Source: an uncultured Saprospiraceae bacterium
Lineage (GTDB): Bacteria > Bacteroidota > Bacteroidia > Chitinophagales > Saprospiraceae
NCBI GenBank assembly: GCA_943788055.1
Contig: CALSOU010000010.1
Location: forward strand, 25,805 to 89,804
DNA length: 64,000 nucleotides
Reading direction: 5' to 3'
This document shows positions 48,839 to 61,088 of this stretch, in pieces (the stretch's first letter is position 1; every line of letters starts with the position of its first letter). The notes under the pieces were generated by a model. It was not told where the DNA came from, ran no database searches, and worked only from the letters and a program-made list of their open reading frames with translations. The translations under genes and the position numbers were made by a program.

Positions 48839-49465
48839 TTGCCTCATGTATATCGCAATATTGATCTTGCATATGACGTGTTAATAAGTCGCTGTATCGG
48901 AGACTCAATAATCCTAGCTTACGATAGACTCTCATTTGTGAACGCTAACACCCCATGTAAATCACGCCACACGTACTACGATTGCCAAATTCTGAAGATC
49001 ACTTTTCACGAGGAAGAAAAGAGCTCAGTTGCAGTGCCTTTAATCCTAAGTTTTACTATACTATCTCTTGGTCTCCTAGGATTCATATTTATCAAAAAGA
49101 AAGAACCTTCTGAAGGCAATGCCGAGAACGATACTACTGAACGGAATCAACCCAAAGCATATACTCTAGGAAGCACAATCTTTATTCCTGACAATCAACT
49201 CCTTAGATATTTAACTGAAGAAAAAACTCTAACTCATAGAGAGTGTAAACTTCTAGAGTACTTAGCAAAAAATCCAAACCTCATTCTTAAGCGAGACGAT
49301 ATCACTGATGCTGTTTGAAAGGAAGATGGTATAATAACCGGTCGTGGTCTCGATGTTTTTGTTTCCAGACTACGGAAATTGCTTTCGCTAGATGACCGAC
49401 TACAAATAAAGAACATTCATGGTGTTGGTTATAAATTAGAAATATCATCAGATTTAAATATTTAG
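48839..49465 (+). pseudogene. Membrane-anchored OmpR/PhoB-type winged-helix regulator with TGA at the conserved Trp codon
   Basis: TM helix VAVPLILSFTILSLGLLGFIFI, then ECKLLEYLAKNPNLILKRDDITDAV[TGA]KEDGIITGRGLDVFVSRLRKLL...IHGVGYKL. The frame continues in phase to the TAG at 49463..49465. Confidence 0.6.
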
Positions 49466-49522
49466 ATTACTTTCTCATGGCTCTCATAAATTTTCAGACT
49501 TATTATCAAGTAAGAAATTTAC

Positions 49523-49530
49523 TACCTTTG
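49523..49530 (+). promoter_or_regulatory. Bacteroidota -7 promoter box (TACCTTTG)
   Basis: TAnnTTTG match 22 nt upstream of the ATG at 49552. Confidence 0.5.
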
Positions 49531-49545
49531 TGGCTTTAAAAATAA

Positions 49546-51147
<1,602 letters not shown>

Positions 51148-51165
51148 AGTAGAAATCAAGTAAAT

Positions 51166-52023
51166 ATGAAATTTAGCATAGTAGAATCTGGATTATTCAA
51201 ACTAGATGGAGGAGCCATGTTTGGCGTAGTTCCTAAAACAATGTGGAACAAGTTGAACCCTGCTGACGAAAATAATATGTGCACCTGGTCTATGCGTCTA
51301 CTTTTAGTTGAGATAGACGATCGTAAAATATTGATAGACACTGGAATGGGCAACAAACAAGATGAGAGATTTCGATCCTTCTTTCATCCACATGGACCAT
51401 ATTCATTAGATGGTTCATTAAGTTCTTTAGAGGTTAATCCTGAGGAAATCACTGATGTTTTTTTAACCCATTTACATTTCGACCACGATGGTGGAGCTGT
51501 CTCAAGAATTAACAATGAACTAGTTCCTAGCTTTAAGAATGCGCAATACTGGTCAAATGAAAATCATTACCAATGGGCTTACAATCCTAACCCGCGTGAA
51601 AAAGCATCTTTTCTTAAAGAGAATTTTGTTCCTTTAAAAGAACATGGAGTGCTAAATTTTATTGACGAGCAACAAGATATTCAATGGCTACCAGATATTT
51701 CAGTTAGATTTTCATACGGCCACACTGAAGCGATGATGTCTCCGATTATTAAATTACCAAATGGTAAGAGATTAATCTACTGTGCAGACTTGATGCCTTC
51801 TGCTTATCATATTCCCATGCCGTACGTAATGTGCTATGACATACGTCCTCTTGAAACATTGAAAGAAAAGACGAGACTACTCGAGGAGGCTGTTGAATTT
51901 GGAGACATCCTATTTTTCGAACATGATCCAATCAATCAGTGCGGTACTGTGAAAAGAAATGACCGGGGTAGAATTGTAATTGACAAGGTTTTCCCATTAT
52001 CAGAATTAGATATTAATGCCTAA
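51166..52023 (+). CDS. MBL-fold metallo-hydrolase
   Basis: HxHxDH motif THLHFDHDGG, with downstream His/Asp ligands (GHTEAM, CADL). Confidence 0.8.
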   Translation: MKFSIVESGLFKLDGGAMFGVVPKTMWNKLNPADENNMCTWSMRLLLVEIDDRKILIDTGMGNKQDERFRSFFHPHGPYSLDGSLSSLEVNPEEITDVFLTHLHFDHDGGAVSRINNELVPSFKNAQYWSNENHYQWAYNPNPREKASFLKENFVPLKEHGVLNFIDEQQDIQWLPDISVRFSYGHTEAMMSPIIKLPNGKRLIYCADLMPSAYHIPMPYVMCYDIRPLETLKEKTRLLEEAVEFGDILFFEHDPINQCGTVKRNDRGRIVIDKVFPLSELDINA

Positions 52024-52549
52024 TAGACAGCTAGATCACCAAGAAGTGATGTCAAAACGTCCTGTGGTCAAACTAGAGGTTGAAATCATTCTTGTTCTAG
52101 ATCAATTAATCTTTCAAGAGAATATCGCTGGAATCTGTCGAGTCGCTAATTCCATGGGTGTAAAAGAAGTTTGGTTAGTCGCCGAACAGAAACTGATCCA
52201 ATCAAAGAACTTTCGTTCGATATCAAGACTCAATTCCAAAAGTATAGCCTTACGAACATTCGATAGTGATCATAAGATATACGAGGAAATCAATCATGTC
52301 AAAAAGAATAGTTATAAGGTAGTTGCGCTCGAATTTACTGATAAGTCTGATTCAATAGTGAAGTGGAATCCCAGTGGAAAGATCATCTTGATCGCTGGTT
52401 CAGAAAGACATGGGATTTCACAAGAATTACTTGACATTAGTGATCAGGCAGTACATATCCCAATGCTTGGAGATGTAAGCTCACTCAATGTTAATCAAGC
52501 AGTTTCTATCGCTTTGTATGAAATAAGGAGAAATCAACTTATTTCTTAA
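52016..52549 (+). CDS. SpoU/TrmH-family RNA 2'-O-methyltransferase
   Basis: SPOUT motifs NIAGICRVANSMGV, LIAGSERHGIS and IPMLGDVSSLNVNQAVSIALYE. Confidence 0.75.
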   Translation: MPNRQLDHQEVMSKRPVVKLEVEIILVLDQLIFQENIAGICRVANSMGVKEVWLVAEQKLIQSKNFRSISRLNSKSIALRTFDSDHKIYEEINHVKKNSYKVVALEFTDKSDSIVKWNPSGKIILIAGSERHGISQELLDISDQAVHIPMLGDVSSLNVNQAVSIALYEIRRNQLIS

Positions 52550-52709
52550 ATGTAGCTTTCTCTGAAGCCTATTATAACTCTTGTTTTACAACTAAAGATT
52601 GCGACTAGCTTCATATAATAACTATCTTGGTAATTCATTTTTCTCTCCGCCGCCAACAATTTTAGATTTTGCTGTTGTAGACTGAGCAGAGGATGCCTTA
52701 GCTTTCCTC

Positions 52710-54269
52710 ATGTCTAAAAACCGCAAAATGCGAACTCAAATTGTTGAATCAAATACTAGGCTTTCAGAGAGTATTGTCTGGAAGCTTAATCAATCATTCT
52801 ACAAGGATAAAGGGATCGATGCATGGCGAGACGATGAAGTTCCTTCTCATATTACAAGTAATTCAATGGTCGGAAAAACCTATGCTGAATTGCTGTTCGG
52901 TATTCTTATGGATTTTCGTCACGAAAATTATGATCAACGAATATACTTTTTAGAGATGGGAGCTGGACATGGTAAACTAGCATTCTATATCTTAACTCAT
53001 CTAGAACGTCTACTAGACAAGAACACAATTCCTCTACCAAAATACACATATATCCTCTCTGACATCGCTGAAAAAAATCTTAGTTTCTTTTCAAAAAACG
53101 AGCAACTTAAACCATTCATTAACAATGGCTTACTAGACGTTAGTTACTTTGACGCTTCAAATAATAATCCACTCATCTTAAGGCATTCACAAGTAACAAT
53201 AGATAGAAAATCTCTTAAATACCCTATTATAGGTATAGGCAATTATTTTATAGATTCTATCCCAACTGATCTTTACAAAGTAGATCGAGGAGAATTGCTT
53301 GAAGCTCATACACTTCTAAGTTTAGGCAAGAGTCTATCAGAAGAAAATATGAGTCTCAACGATCTTGAATTTAAATTCGATTATAAACGGGTTGACCAAG
53401 AAAGATACAATCAGTACGAATATCTTTTAAGTTTCTACAAAAGGAATCTCGAAAACGGCTATTTCTTTCTACCAACATCTGGAATTACATGTATGGAATA
53501 TCTCGAAAGCTTCAGTGAGTCAGGTTTGATCATGTTTGTGATGGATAAAGGTTACCACAAAATAGAGCAATTTAGAAATAACAAGGAGCCCGAAATGATC
53601 CAACACGGAAGTACTTCAGTCTGGGTCAACTTTCACGCATTAGAATTACAGACAAGAGATAAAGGTGGCACTATCTTACTTCCTTCTCATTCCCACACCC
53701 ATATTAATGTTGCGGTATTTGGATGGCTCAAAAAACTTAACAATCTTGAACATCTATCTTCAAACTACAAGCGTTCAGTCGATGATTTCGGCCCAAACGA
53801 AATAAATTCGCTGATGAAAACTAGTTACGCAAATATAGCTAGCTTGACTTTGCAAGAAATTATAGCAATATTACGAGCTAACCAGTTTGATCCTCATTAT
53901 TTCGAAAAAGTATTACCTCGCCTTAAACAAATATGTTTGGACATCAGTAAAATTAATCGAGATCTTCTCTATGAAATAATTCCAAAAGTATATGAACTAT
54001 ACTTTTATATGGGCGAGTCAAAAGACTTTTCCTACGAATTGGGAGCTCTCATGTTTGACATGACTTACTACAAGGAAGCTGTATTCTATTTCCAAGAGTC
54101 TTACAAGAGAATTGGGCCAAAGCCCGACGTGTATTACAATATGGCCATTTGCTTTTACCAGTTGCGTATGGATGATGCCTTTCTATCGGTTAAAAAAGCA
54201 GCAAATCGAGAATTCCCAAACTTTAAACCTTTGAAGCAACTCGACAACTTAGACTTAAACGCGCAATAG
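52710..54269 (+). CDS. Hypothetical protein: putative SAM-dependent methyltransferase-like N-domain plus TPR-like C-terminus
   Basis: Gly-rich loop YFLEMGAGHGKLAFYIL resembles class I methyltransferase motif I (MidA/DUF185-like). The C-terminus (YYKEAVFYFQESYK...YYNMAICFYQLRMDDA) looks like TPR. This is a weak call. Confidence 0.35.
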   Translation: MSKNRKMRTQIVESNTRLSESIVWKLNQSFYKDKGIDAWRDDEVPSHITSNSMVGKTYAELLFGILMDFRHENYDQRIYFLEMGAGHGKLAFYILTHLERLLDKNTIPLPKYTYILSDIAEKNLSFFSKNEQLKPFINNGLLDVSYFDASNNNPLILRHSQVTIDRKSLKYPIIGIGNYFIDSIPTDLYKVDRGELLEAHTLLSLGKSLSEENMSLNDLEFKFDYKRVDQERYNQYEYLLSFYKRNLENGYFFLPTSGITCMEYLESFSESGLIMFVMDKGYHKIEQFRNNKEPEMIQHGSTSVWVNFHALELQTRDKGGTILLPSHSHTHINVAVFGWLKKLNNLEHLSSNYKRSVDDFGPNEINSLMKTSYANIASLTLQEIIAILRANQFDPHYFEKVLPRLKQICLDISKINRDLLYEIIPKVYELYFYMGESKDFSYELGALMFDMTYYKEAVFYFQESYKRIGPKPDVYYNMAICFYQLRMDDAFLSVKKAANREFPNFKPLKQLDNLDLNAQ

Positions 54270-54293
54270 CATTTCTAACAGGCTAATGAGAGC

Positions 54294-55620
54294 CTAGTGA
54301 AACATCATTCGTTCTCCCCTAGTCCCTTCTAGTAACTTACCGTCTTCAAATACAATATTACCGTTGACAAAAGTCTTAGCTATTGAAGTGCCGAAATTAT
54401 ACCCTTCAAGCGGAGACCAACCGCACTTGTAAAGTAAGTTATCCTTATTAACCTGATACTTGGCATTTGGGTCAACTAAAACCAAATCGGCCTTATATCC
54501 TTCGCGTATATAGCCTCGTTCCCTGATATGGAAACATTGCGCCGGAGCATGACTCATTTTCTCTACGACCCGTTCAAGAGAAATACGATTCTTCTGGCAG
54601 AAATCAAGCATAATCTGAAGTGTATGCTGAACAAGGGGCAGTCCACTAGGCGCTTTTGTGTAGACTCCATCTTTCTCGGAAATTGTATGAGGAGCATGAT
54701 CAGTTGCAATTATATCTAATTTATCGTCAAGTAACGCATCAAATAGTGCAAGTCTATGCTTCTTCTCTTTAATTGCTGGATTACATTTGACTTTAGTTCC
54801 AAGTTTCTCGTAGTCTCCCGCATCAAAAAACAAATGGTGTACACAAACCTCGCTAGTAATTCGCTTGTTTTCGATCGGGCCTGATTCAAAGAGCGATAGT
54901 TCTTTGTCGGTAGATATATGTAAAATGTGCAACCTTGTATGGTGTTTCTTGGCCAATTCCACAGCCATCGAACTAGACAGATAGCAAGCTTCAACATCTC
55001 GGATTATAGGATGAAATTTAATAGGAATGTCATCACCATACTTCTGCACATATAGTTTTGTATTTGCTCTGACTGTTGCCTCATCCTCGCAATGTGTCGC
55101 AATCAGCATACTAGATTTTGAGAATATGTTCTCGAGGGTTTTTCGATTATCAACTAACATATTACCAGTGCTACTTCCCATAAACACTTTTACACCGCAG
55201 ACTGAGTGCTTATCTGTTTTCAAAACTTCTTCTATGTTATCATTACCCGCTCCCATAAAAAAGGAGTAATTGGCAGGGGATGTACCTGCAGCTATATCAT
55301 ATTTATCTTGCAAAAGCTCCTGTGTTAAAGCCGAGGGCTTTTGTGTTAGGCATTTCCATAAATGATGTCACACCACCAGCAACCGCTGCTCTTGACTCAG
55401 TTCCAATATTTGCCTTGTGTGTAAGCCCCGGTTCTCTAAAGTGTACTTGATCGTCTATCACACCAGGTAGCAACCACAATCCTTCACCGTCGATTTCTTT
55501 CCCTGGTGCACTAATCTGATTATCAATCTTTTCAATGCGTCCGTCTTTGATTGACAAATCACCGTAAATCGACTTACCCTCATTAACAATTCTCACATTT
55601 TTTATAACTGTGCGTTCCAT
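54294..55620 (-). pseudogene. pyrC: Dihydroorotase (type I, about 441 aa) split by a +1 frameshift at about 55338..55342
   Basis: ORF 55303..55836 (real start MERTVIKNVRIVNEG at 55620; VIDDQVHFREPG metal motif) and ORF 54294..55313 (IATDHAPH, GWSPLEG) are the two halves. Removing one base in acaaaagccc restores FMEMPNTKPSALTQELLQDKYDIAA. 1327 nt is one more than a multiple of 3. Confidence 0.8.
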
Positions 55621-55706
55621 TCTATTTATTTTTATATTCGTAAAAATAAGTAAAACGGCTTTAAAAACTTGATATTTGCATACTCCCTTAATACATAAAT
55701 AAGAAA

Positions 55707-56837
55707 ATGAAAATAGGAATTCTCGGTGGAGGTCAACTCGGCAGAATGATGTTTCAAGAGACGATAGGACTTGATTTAGACTTATCTTTCCTAGATACAA
55801 GTCGTTCTTTTCCAGTTGGGAAAATAGCACATTCATTTACAGAAGGTGACTTCACCAATTATGACGATGTCATAGCTTTCGCGAAAGACATGGATGTGAT
55901 TTCAATTGAAATCGAAAAGGTGAACCTAAAAGCACTTTACGATTTAGAAACTCAAGGAAAAAAGATCCATCCGAAGCCTTCTTCACTGGAAATAATTCAG
56001 GACAAAGGGCTTCAAAAGGAGTTTTATAGAAAGCATAGTATACCTTCGTCTGATTTCAAACTATACAATTCAAAAGAAGAGATCCTTAAAGCTATAGAAA
56101 ATGAGCAAGTAAACTATCCATTTGTGCAAAAAACGAGAAAGGATGGATACGATGGAAAAGGTGTTGCGATTGTACACTCGGAAACGAACCTTAACAAATT
56201 ATTAGACGGACCATGCCTCATCGAACCCTTAGTGCCAATCTTCAAAGAATTAGCAGTAATCGCTTGTCGAAATGAAAGAGGTGAATGCATTACCTACGAA
56301 GTTGTTGAGATGGTTTTTGACCAAGAAGCTAACTTAGTGAAATACCTCTTCTCGCCAGCGGAAATCCTGGAATCAACGTCTGAAACTTGCAGAAATATCG
56401 CTGAAAGTCTCATTGAATTATTTGATATTTGTGGCTTGCTTGCGGTTGAGTTTTTTATGGATAAAAAGGGAGAAATATTGGTCAATGAGGTAGCACCACG
56501 ACCTCACAATAGCGGTCACCATACCATTGACGCAGCTGTTTGCTCGCAATTTGAAAATCATATAAGAGCAATATCAAATCTACCATTGGGAGGCACCAGT
56601 CAATATAAAATTGGTGCTATGATTAATATCCTTGGAGAAGAAGGTTTTACTGGACAGAAAAAGTACATGGGACTGGAGGACGTGTTGAAACTTGAAGATG
56701 TTCATGTACACCTTTATGGTAAAAAAATAACAAAGCCCAAGCGCAAGATGGGCCACATCAATGTGCTAGGTGATTCCAAAGAAGAAATCGAAGATAAGAT
56801 TAATACAATTGATAAATTTTTCAAAGTAATAGCATGA
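55707..56837 (+). CDS. purK: N5-carboxyaminoimidazole ribonucleotide synthase
   Basis: MKIGILGGGQLGRMM, an ATP-grasp body, NEVAPRPHNSGHHT and KMGHINV. Confidence 0.92.
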   Translation: MKIGILGGGQLGRMMFQETIGLDLDLSFLDTSRSFPVGKIAHSFTEGDFTNYDDVIAFAKDMDVISIEIEKVNLKALYDLETQGKKIHPKPSSLEIIQDKGLQKEFYRKHSIPSSDFKLYNSKEEILKAIENEQVNYPFVQKTRKDGYDGKGVAIVHSETNLNKLLDGPCLIEPLVPIFKELAVIACRNERGECITYEVVEMVFDQEANLVKYLFSPAEILESTSETCRNIAESLIELFDICGLLAVEFFMDKKGEILVNEVAPRPHNSGHHTIDAAVCSQFENHIRAISNLPLGGTSQYKIGAMINILGEEGFTGQKKYMGLEDVLKLEDVHVHLYGKKITKPKRKMGHINVLGDSKEEIEDKINTIDKFFKVIA

Positions 56838-57328
56838 GTTCACTTGTAAGTATAATTATGGGATCTGATTCAGACTATCCTATCATGAAAGAAGCAGCGA
56901 TGATGTTACAGCAGTTTGGTATAGAATATGACGTACATATCGTATCTGCTCATCGTACACCTGAAAAAATGTATGAATTTGCAGCACAAGCTTCTTCCAA
57001 GGGCACTAAAGTAATCATTGCTGGTGCTGGAGGTGCAGCGCATCTGCCAGGGATGACAGCTAGCATTACTACCCTACCTGTAATTGGCGTACCTATAAAG
57101 TCCAGTAATTCAATTGATGGTTGGGATTCTGTTTTATCTATATTACAGATGCCAGGCGGTATTCCAGTAGCTACCGTTGCTCTAAATGGTGCTAAAAATG
57201 CAGGAATTCTAGCAGCAAGTATTATAGGGGCATTTGATCCGGAAGTATCTTCTAGTCTATCAACTTACAAAACTGAATTAAAAGAAATGGTAGCAGAAAA
57301 AGAACAAAGACTATTGAATTCGATGTAG
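56834..57328 (+). CDS. purE: N5-carboxyaminoimidazole ribonucleotide mutase
   Basis: IMGSDSD, VSAHRTP and AGGAAHLPGM motifs. Overlaps the purK stop codon by 4 nt. Confidence 0.95.
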   Translation: MSSLVSIIMGSDSDYPIMKEAAMMLQQFGIEYDVHIVSAHRTPEKMYEFAAQASSKGTKVIIAGAGGAAHLPGMTASITTLPVIGVPIKSSNSIDGWDSVLSILQMPGGIPVATVALNGAKNAGILAASIIGAFDPEVSSSLSTYKTELKEMVAEKEQRLLNSM

Positions 57329-57337
57329 AACCTGATT

Positions 57338-57808
57338 CTAGTGGGACTTTGGTGTGTCCAGTGGCGCTGCAACTTCTGTAAAGACAAACGCAACTTCTAA
57401 ATCTTTACCCCTCTGTTGGTTTTGTTCTTGTAAAGTACCATTTAGCCTTACAAACAAACCGTCACCAAGATTAGCTTCCATTGTTCCACCTCGTTCCCAA
57501 GTTGGGTTTCTCAAAGTGAATTTATTAACCCTACTTTCTATTGTCACTACGACATCAACTTCTATTTCACCTGCTCGGATACAATTAACTCCTTTTGGAC
57601 AACGAGAATCAGAAACTTTTACTAATTGCATACTTATCCCTTTACCATTTAACTTGACGGCATTTCCTTCCGTAATACCAAATTCTTGATTGATTTCCAC
57701 AGAGATAGGTGAATCCTGAAATTGGTGTTGATTAGTTACACTTAATTGATTGATTGAATTTCCTTGCATGCTTACAAGTACTAGGAGTAGGTGAATTAAG
57801 ATATTCAT
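57338..57808 (-). CDS. Hypothetical secreted protein
   Basis: N-terminal hydrophobic signal. DSRCPKGVNCIRAG motif, as seen in small Bacteroidota lipoprotein-like proteins. No functional assignment. Confidence 0.4.
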   Translation of the reverse strand: MNILIHLLLVLVSMQGNSINQLSVTNQHQFQDSPISVEINQEFGITEGNAVKLNGKGISMQLVKVSDSRCPKGVNCIRAGEIEVDVVVTIESRVNKFTLRNPTWERGGTMEANLGDGLFVRLNGTLQEQNQQRGKDLEVAFVFTEVAAPLDTPKSH

Positions 57809-57922
57809 AATTAGGTCTGTTTAATTGATCGATGATAAAAACAAACAATTTACACATCAACACACAACTTAATCTTGAAATACATCGGTCAATATCAACT
57901 TAAAACGCTAATGACTCGCACT

Positions 57923-60026
57923 TCAAAATCGATATTTTATTTGTGCTTTTACCTGTGACCGCACAGGTCCATCGATTAAAGTATTTCCACTGCCGAATCG
58001 ATTATTTAGTAGATCGCCGTCCTCATCTCTAAATGGTTCAGACAATTGCGTAATTTCGTAACGAGCCTCCGCAATTATACTTCTGGTCACTCGTACACGT
58101 GTATTAATATAAAATCTTGATCCTCGGCCATTGTAAGCTGGAATATAATACTCATTTAAGATATCATTCTCGTAGGCATAAAATCCTAGCATCAAAATCA
58201 TCTATATCAAAAATTACATATCGCCCTACAAAACTGTAGTCCTTACCAATCGGCTTGTACACCAAATCTTGATATAGCATAAATCCCGAGTATTTCGAAC
58301 TCTGATAAATATCATACCAAGAAAACTCTAATCGATTTCTGAGTGTCCAAGCTTTGGTTAATCTATAGGAGCCATGAAGTCGCAATCTCTGCCGTGTATT
58401 ATCAACAGGAATATCAATCTGTTGGTCAAGATTTCTTGGTTTTTGCTCGAAAAAATACTGCGCGTATAGTTCCCATTTACGCTTTTTGAAATACTTAAGT
58501 CGCAAAAAGTACTCACGGCCTTGACCGGGTCCATCAACTCTAAACTTAGCCCAACGATTCCTCCATTGATCCGCATAAGCGGAAATCACCCACATTTTGG
58601 ATGGTCTGTACTCCAGCCCCATGTATATTCCACTTTCATTTGTAGCAAGTGGGCTTTCGCCAAAAGCATTGGCTGACAAACTTTGATAATTCTTACTATA
58701 ATTTCGGTAGGCTACAACTAAATCCAATGTTTTATCAAGTCCAGCTAAAACACCGTGCATATGCGCTGGTCCCAAATCCCGATCAATAGCGGATTCTCCA
58801 AAGAAATTAAAATTTCTCCAATTGAATCCATAGTCGATGGAACCATTGACAAAAAGATTTCCCGAAGGAAAGAAATTTTGATATAAGGCTTCTGAAGCAA
58901 CTAGATTAACATTGAGTCGATCTACAACGGCTTGCGCGGCAACATGTCCTTTTCTAAAACGGTATTTTACCGAGGTTCCAGCTGACTGTTGATTAACGAG
59001 ATTCTTGCGTTCTATCTGTGCTTCTGTCTGATTGAGACCACCCAATGGTAAAGAGCTGATGAAGTTACCTGCGAAAGGCTCGTCATCCAAAATGATTCGT
59101 CCACTATTCCTCCGTTTAGAAGAAATAAAACTGGTAATCTCTAAATTTCTAGCAAGTTTGATAGTTGCTGCACCACCTCTCAGAAAACTAAATTCAGCAA
59201 CAGATGAATAAGCTCTGATAGCATATCCTCCTTTTCTTATTGAAGTTGTCAATGAGCTTTTTCCCGCACCAAATCCGCTGTGCATTACAAGACCTTGACC
59301 TAGACTAATCGAATAGTCCCCTAGTGCGATCGTCTTAATTCTTTCTGTTATGTCTTTTGCAAAAACATGAAAAGAAAAATAATCAGCACCATATATTTTT
59401 TCAGGATAGTAAAAAGGCTCTCCGTTGTCCTTCTCGGCAATGAAGCCCATTTTAAAATCATTACCCACAGCCATCTTGTAGCGCAGATACAGATGATCTG
59501 GACTTCCAATGAATGGAGCTGGATTCCCATCTCTTGATTCGTATCCACGCTGAGTCTGCACTATTCGCTTCCATTTTATAAAGATCGTGTGATCAGCGGA
59601 TCCCAGTTGATTTAGAATACCTTTTCTAGATACTTGTACTTGCTTTTTAACTGTAGTTACTTCTTTCAACAATCTTATTGTCGAAATGTCAAATCCGGGA
59701 ATAGTCTGTAGTTCTAGGATAGATCGAAAATCTCCGAGTTTATTCCTATGCTCAAGCAAATTTGAAACCTGAATTTCATTTAGAAAAAATAAATCCCGTA
59801 GCTCAGTACTATTGGCCTTATTGAGACTAATCGGTCGAAGTCTGTAAGCTTCAAACTCCTCATGTAATGTATTAAAATCGAAATCACCCTCTTCTCCACT
59901 ATTCTCTACGAATGCTGCAATAATCTCTGCAATGAGATCATCGATTCCATTACCAGCCTTTTGGGCTCGAAGCCCAAAAGAAGTTAAAAAGAACAAAAAA
60001 ACAATAGAAAGCAATTTACTGCGCAA
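57923..60026 (-). pseudogene. Helix-hairpin-helix (ComEA-like) domain outer-membrane beta-barrel protein split by a +1 frameshift near 58180
   Basis: ORFs 58164..60026 and 57923..58201 join as ...RYVIFDIDDFDARIYAYENDILNEYY... when one T is removed from the run in aggattttatgcc. The N-terminus has a signal peptide and HhH region LRDLFFLNEIQVSNLLEHRNKLGDFRSILELQTIPGF. The C-terminus ends ...QIKYRF. 2104 nt is one more than a multiple of 3. Confidence 0.7.
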
Positions 60027-60077
60027 AATGTGTCGCTTAATGAATCTCCAACATAATCGAAAATAAAATTACGGATC

Positions 60078-61088
60078 TTACTCTTCTTCTCCTAGAGCTT
60101 TGTCCATCATTTCTCCCATCTCTTCGACCTTCTTATTTACTTCTGACTGAACTTGGTCGGCAGCATCTTTTGCAATACCTTCGACATCAGTACTTTGATC
60201 CTTAATGTCTGTGACAGCTTTGTCAACTGGTCCGACAACATCATCCTCGACAATTATAGCATCATCTACCACTTCATTTCCATCGCCATCCAAATCCTCA
60301 AATCCTGCAGCTTTAGCCATTTCTTTTTTTTGCTTATCACCTTCAGGCAATGAAATAGTGGTTTCTCCTACTTTTAATTCCTTCGTCATCTCGTCTGTTT
60401 CCTGATCAAATTTCACCTTGTCAGCTTTGCCAGAATAGTTGCCTTCAGCATATTTCTCAGCTTTTGCAAAGAAATCATCGCTATCTTCTAGCAAACTTTC
60501 ATCTATATCTATTGGTTTATCCGCATATTTACTGTCCCCTTCCAATGCCTCTTCCGCTTCCAACTTCTTAGCTTTTTCATATGTTTCGTCAAACTTATCG
60601 CTGATTTTTTCTGAGACTTCTTGAGCCCTATCCATTAGCTTGTCCTTTGCATCAAGCATCTTTTCGCCGACTTTTTCGCTTACATCACCAGCTTTTTCGA
60701 TTGCGTCTCCTCCCACATCCATTACTTTCTTTCCCACTTTTTCTGCAAACTCTATTGTAGAAGATGCTGCTTTACTTCCTTGCTCAAGCACTTTCTTACC
60801 AACATCTTCAGTAAAATCAGCAGCCTTACCAACTGTTTCATTCACAGAGACTAGATCAGAAATATCTGAAATTTTGTCTTTTGCTTTCTCCACAATATCT
60901 GAAATCTTATCACTGGCATTCTCTACTGCATCTTCTGCAACATCTTTCCCTTTTGTGTAAGCTTTAGACCCTCTTTCCAATAGCTCTTCTCCCAATTCTT
61001 GACTCTTGTCAGCTACTTTTCCTGCACCACTCTTTGTTACGGACTTTACACCAAACAACAACTTTCTTATTTCTCCTAAAAATCCCAT
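60078..61088 (-). CDS. Acidic Lys/Glu/Asp-rich amphipathic-repeat protein (YtxH/LEA-like)
   Basis: Low-complexity repeats of the type EKVGKKVMD / EKAGDVSEKVGEKMLDAKDKLMDRAQEVSEKISDKF. The N-terminal MGFLGEIRKLLFG may be an amphipathic anchor. The Ser-rich + strand ORFs here are antisense shadows. Confidence 0.5.
   Translation of the reverse strand: MGFLGEIRKLLFGVKSVTKSGAGKVADKSQELGEELLERGSKAYTKGKDVAEDAVENASDKISDIVEKAKDKISDISDLVSVNETVGKAADFTEDVGKKVLEQGSKAASSTIEFAEKVGKKVMDVGGDAIEKAGDVSEKVGEKMLDAKDKLMDRAQEVSEKISDKFDETYEKAKKLEAEEALEGDSKYADKPIDIDESLLEDSDDFFAKAEKYAEGNYSGKADKVKFDQETDEMTKELKVGETTISLPEGDKQKKEMAKAAGFEDLDGDGNEVVDDAIIVEDDVVGPVDKAVTDIKDQSTDVEGIAKDAADQVQSEVNKKVEEMGEMMDKALGEEE

Noticed and set aside
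49316-49318. TGA reassigned to Trp (genetic code 4), suggested by TGA at a conserved Trp codon
   Set aside because: TGA clearly terminates well-conserved genes here, for example lipB at 23614-23616 and the SBP gene at 34854-34856. Trp is otherwise encoded by TGG. In-frame TAA and TAG also occur in other broken genes. The standard code with nonsense mutations fits better.
55621-55836. N-terminal 72 aa extension of the dihydroorotase ORF (55303..55836)
   Set aside because: Dihydroorotases begin at MERTVIKNVRIVNEG (55620). The extension covers the purK promoter region and the start of purK on the other strand.
60153-60960. Four Ser/Thr/Phe-rich plus-strand ORFs (60153..60353, 60205..60405, 60439..60624, 60640..60960)
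   Set aside because: They are antisense translations of the GAA/GAT/AAA-rich acidic repeat gene on the minus strand. Their low-complexity composition is the mirror of that gene.
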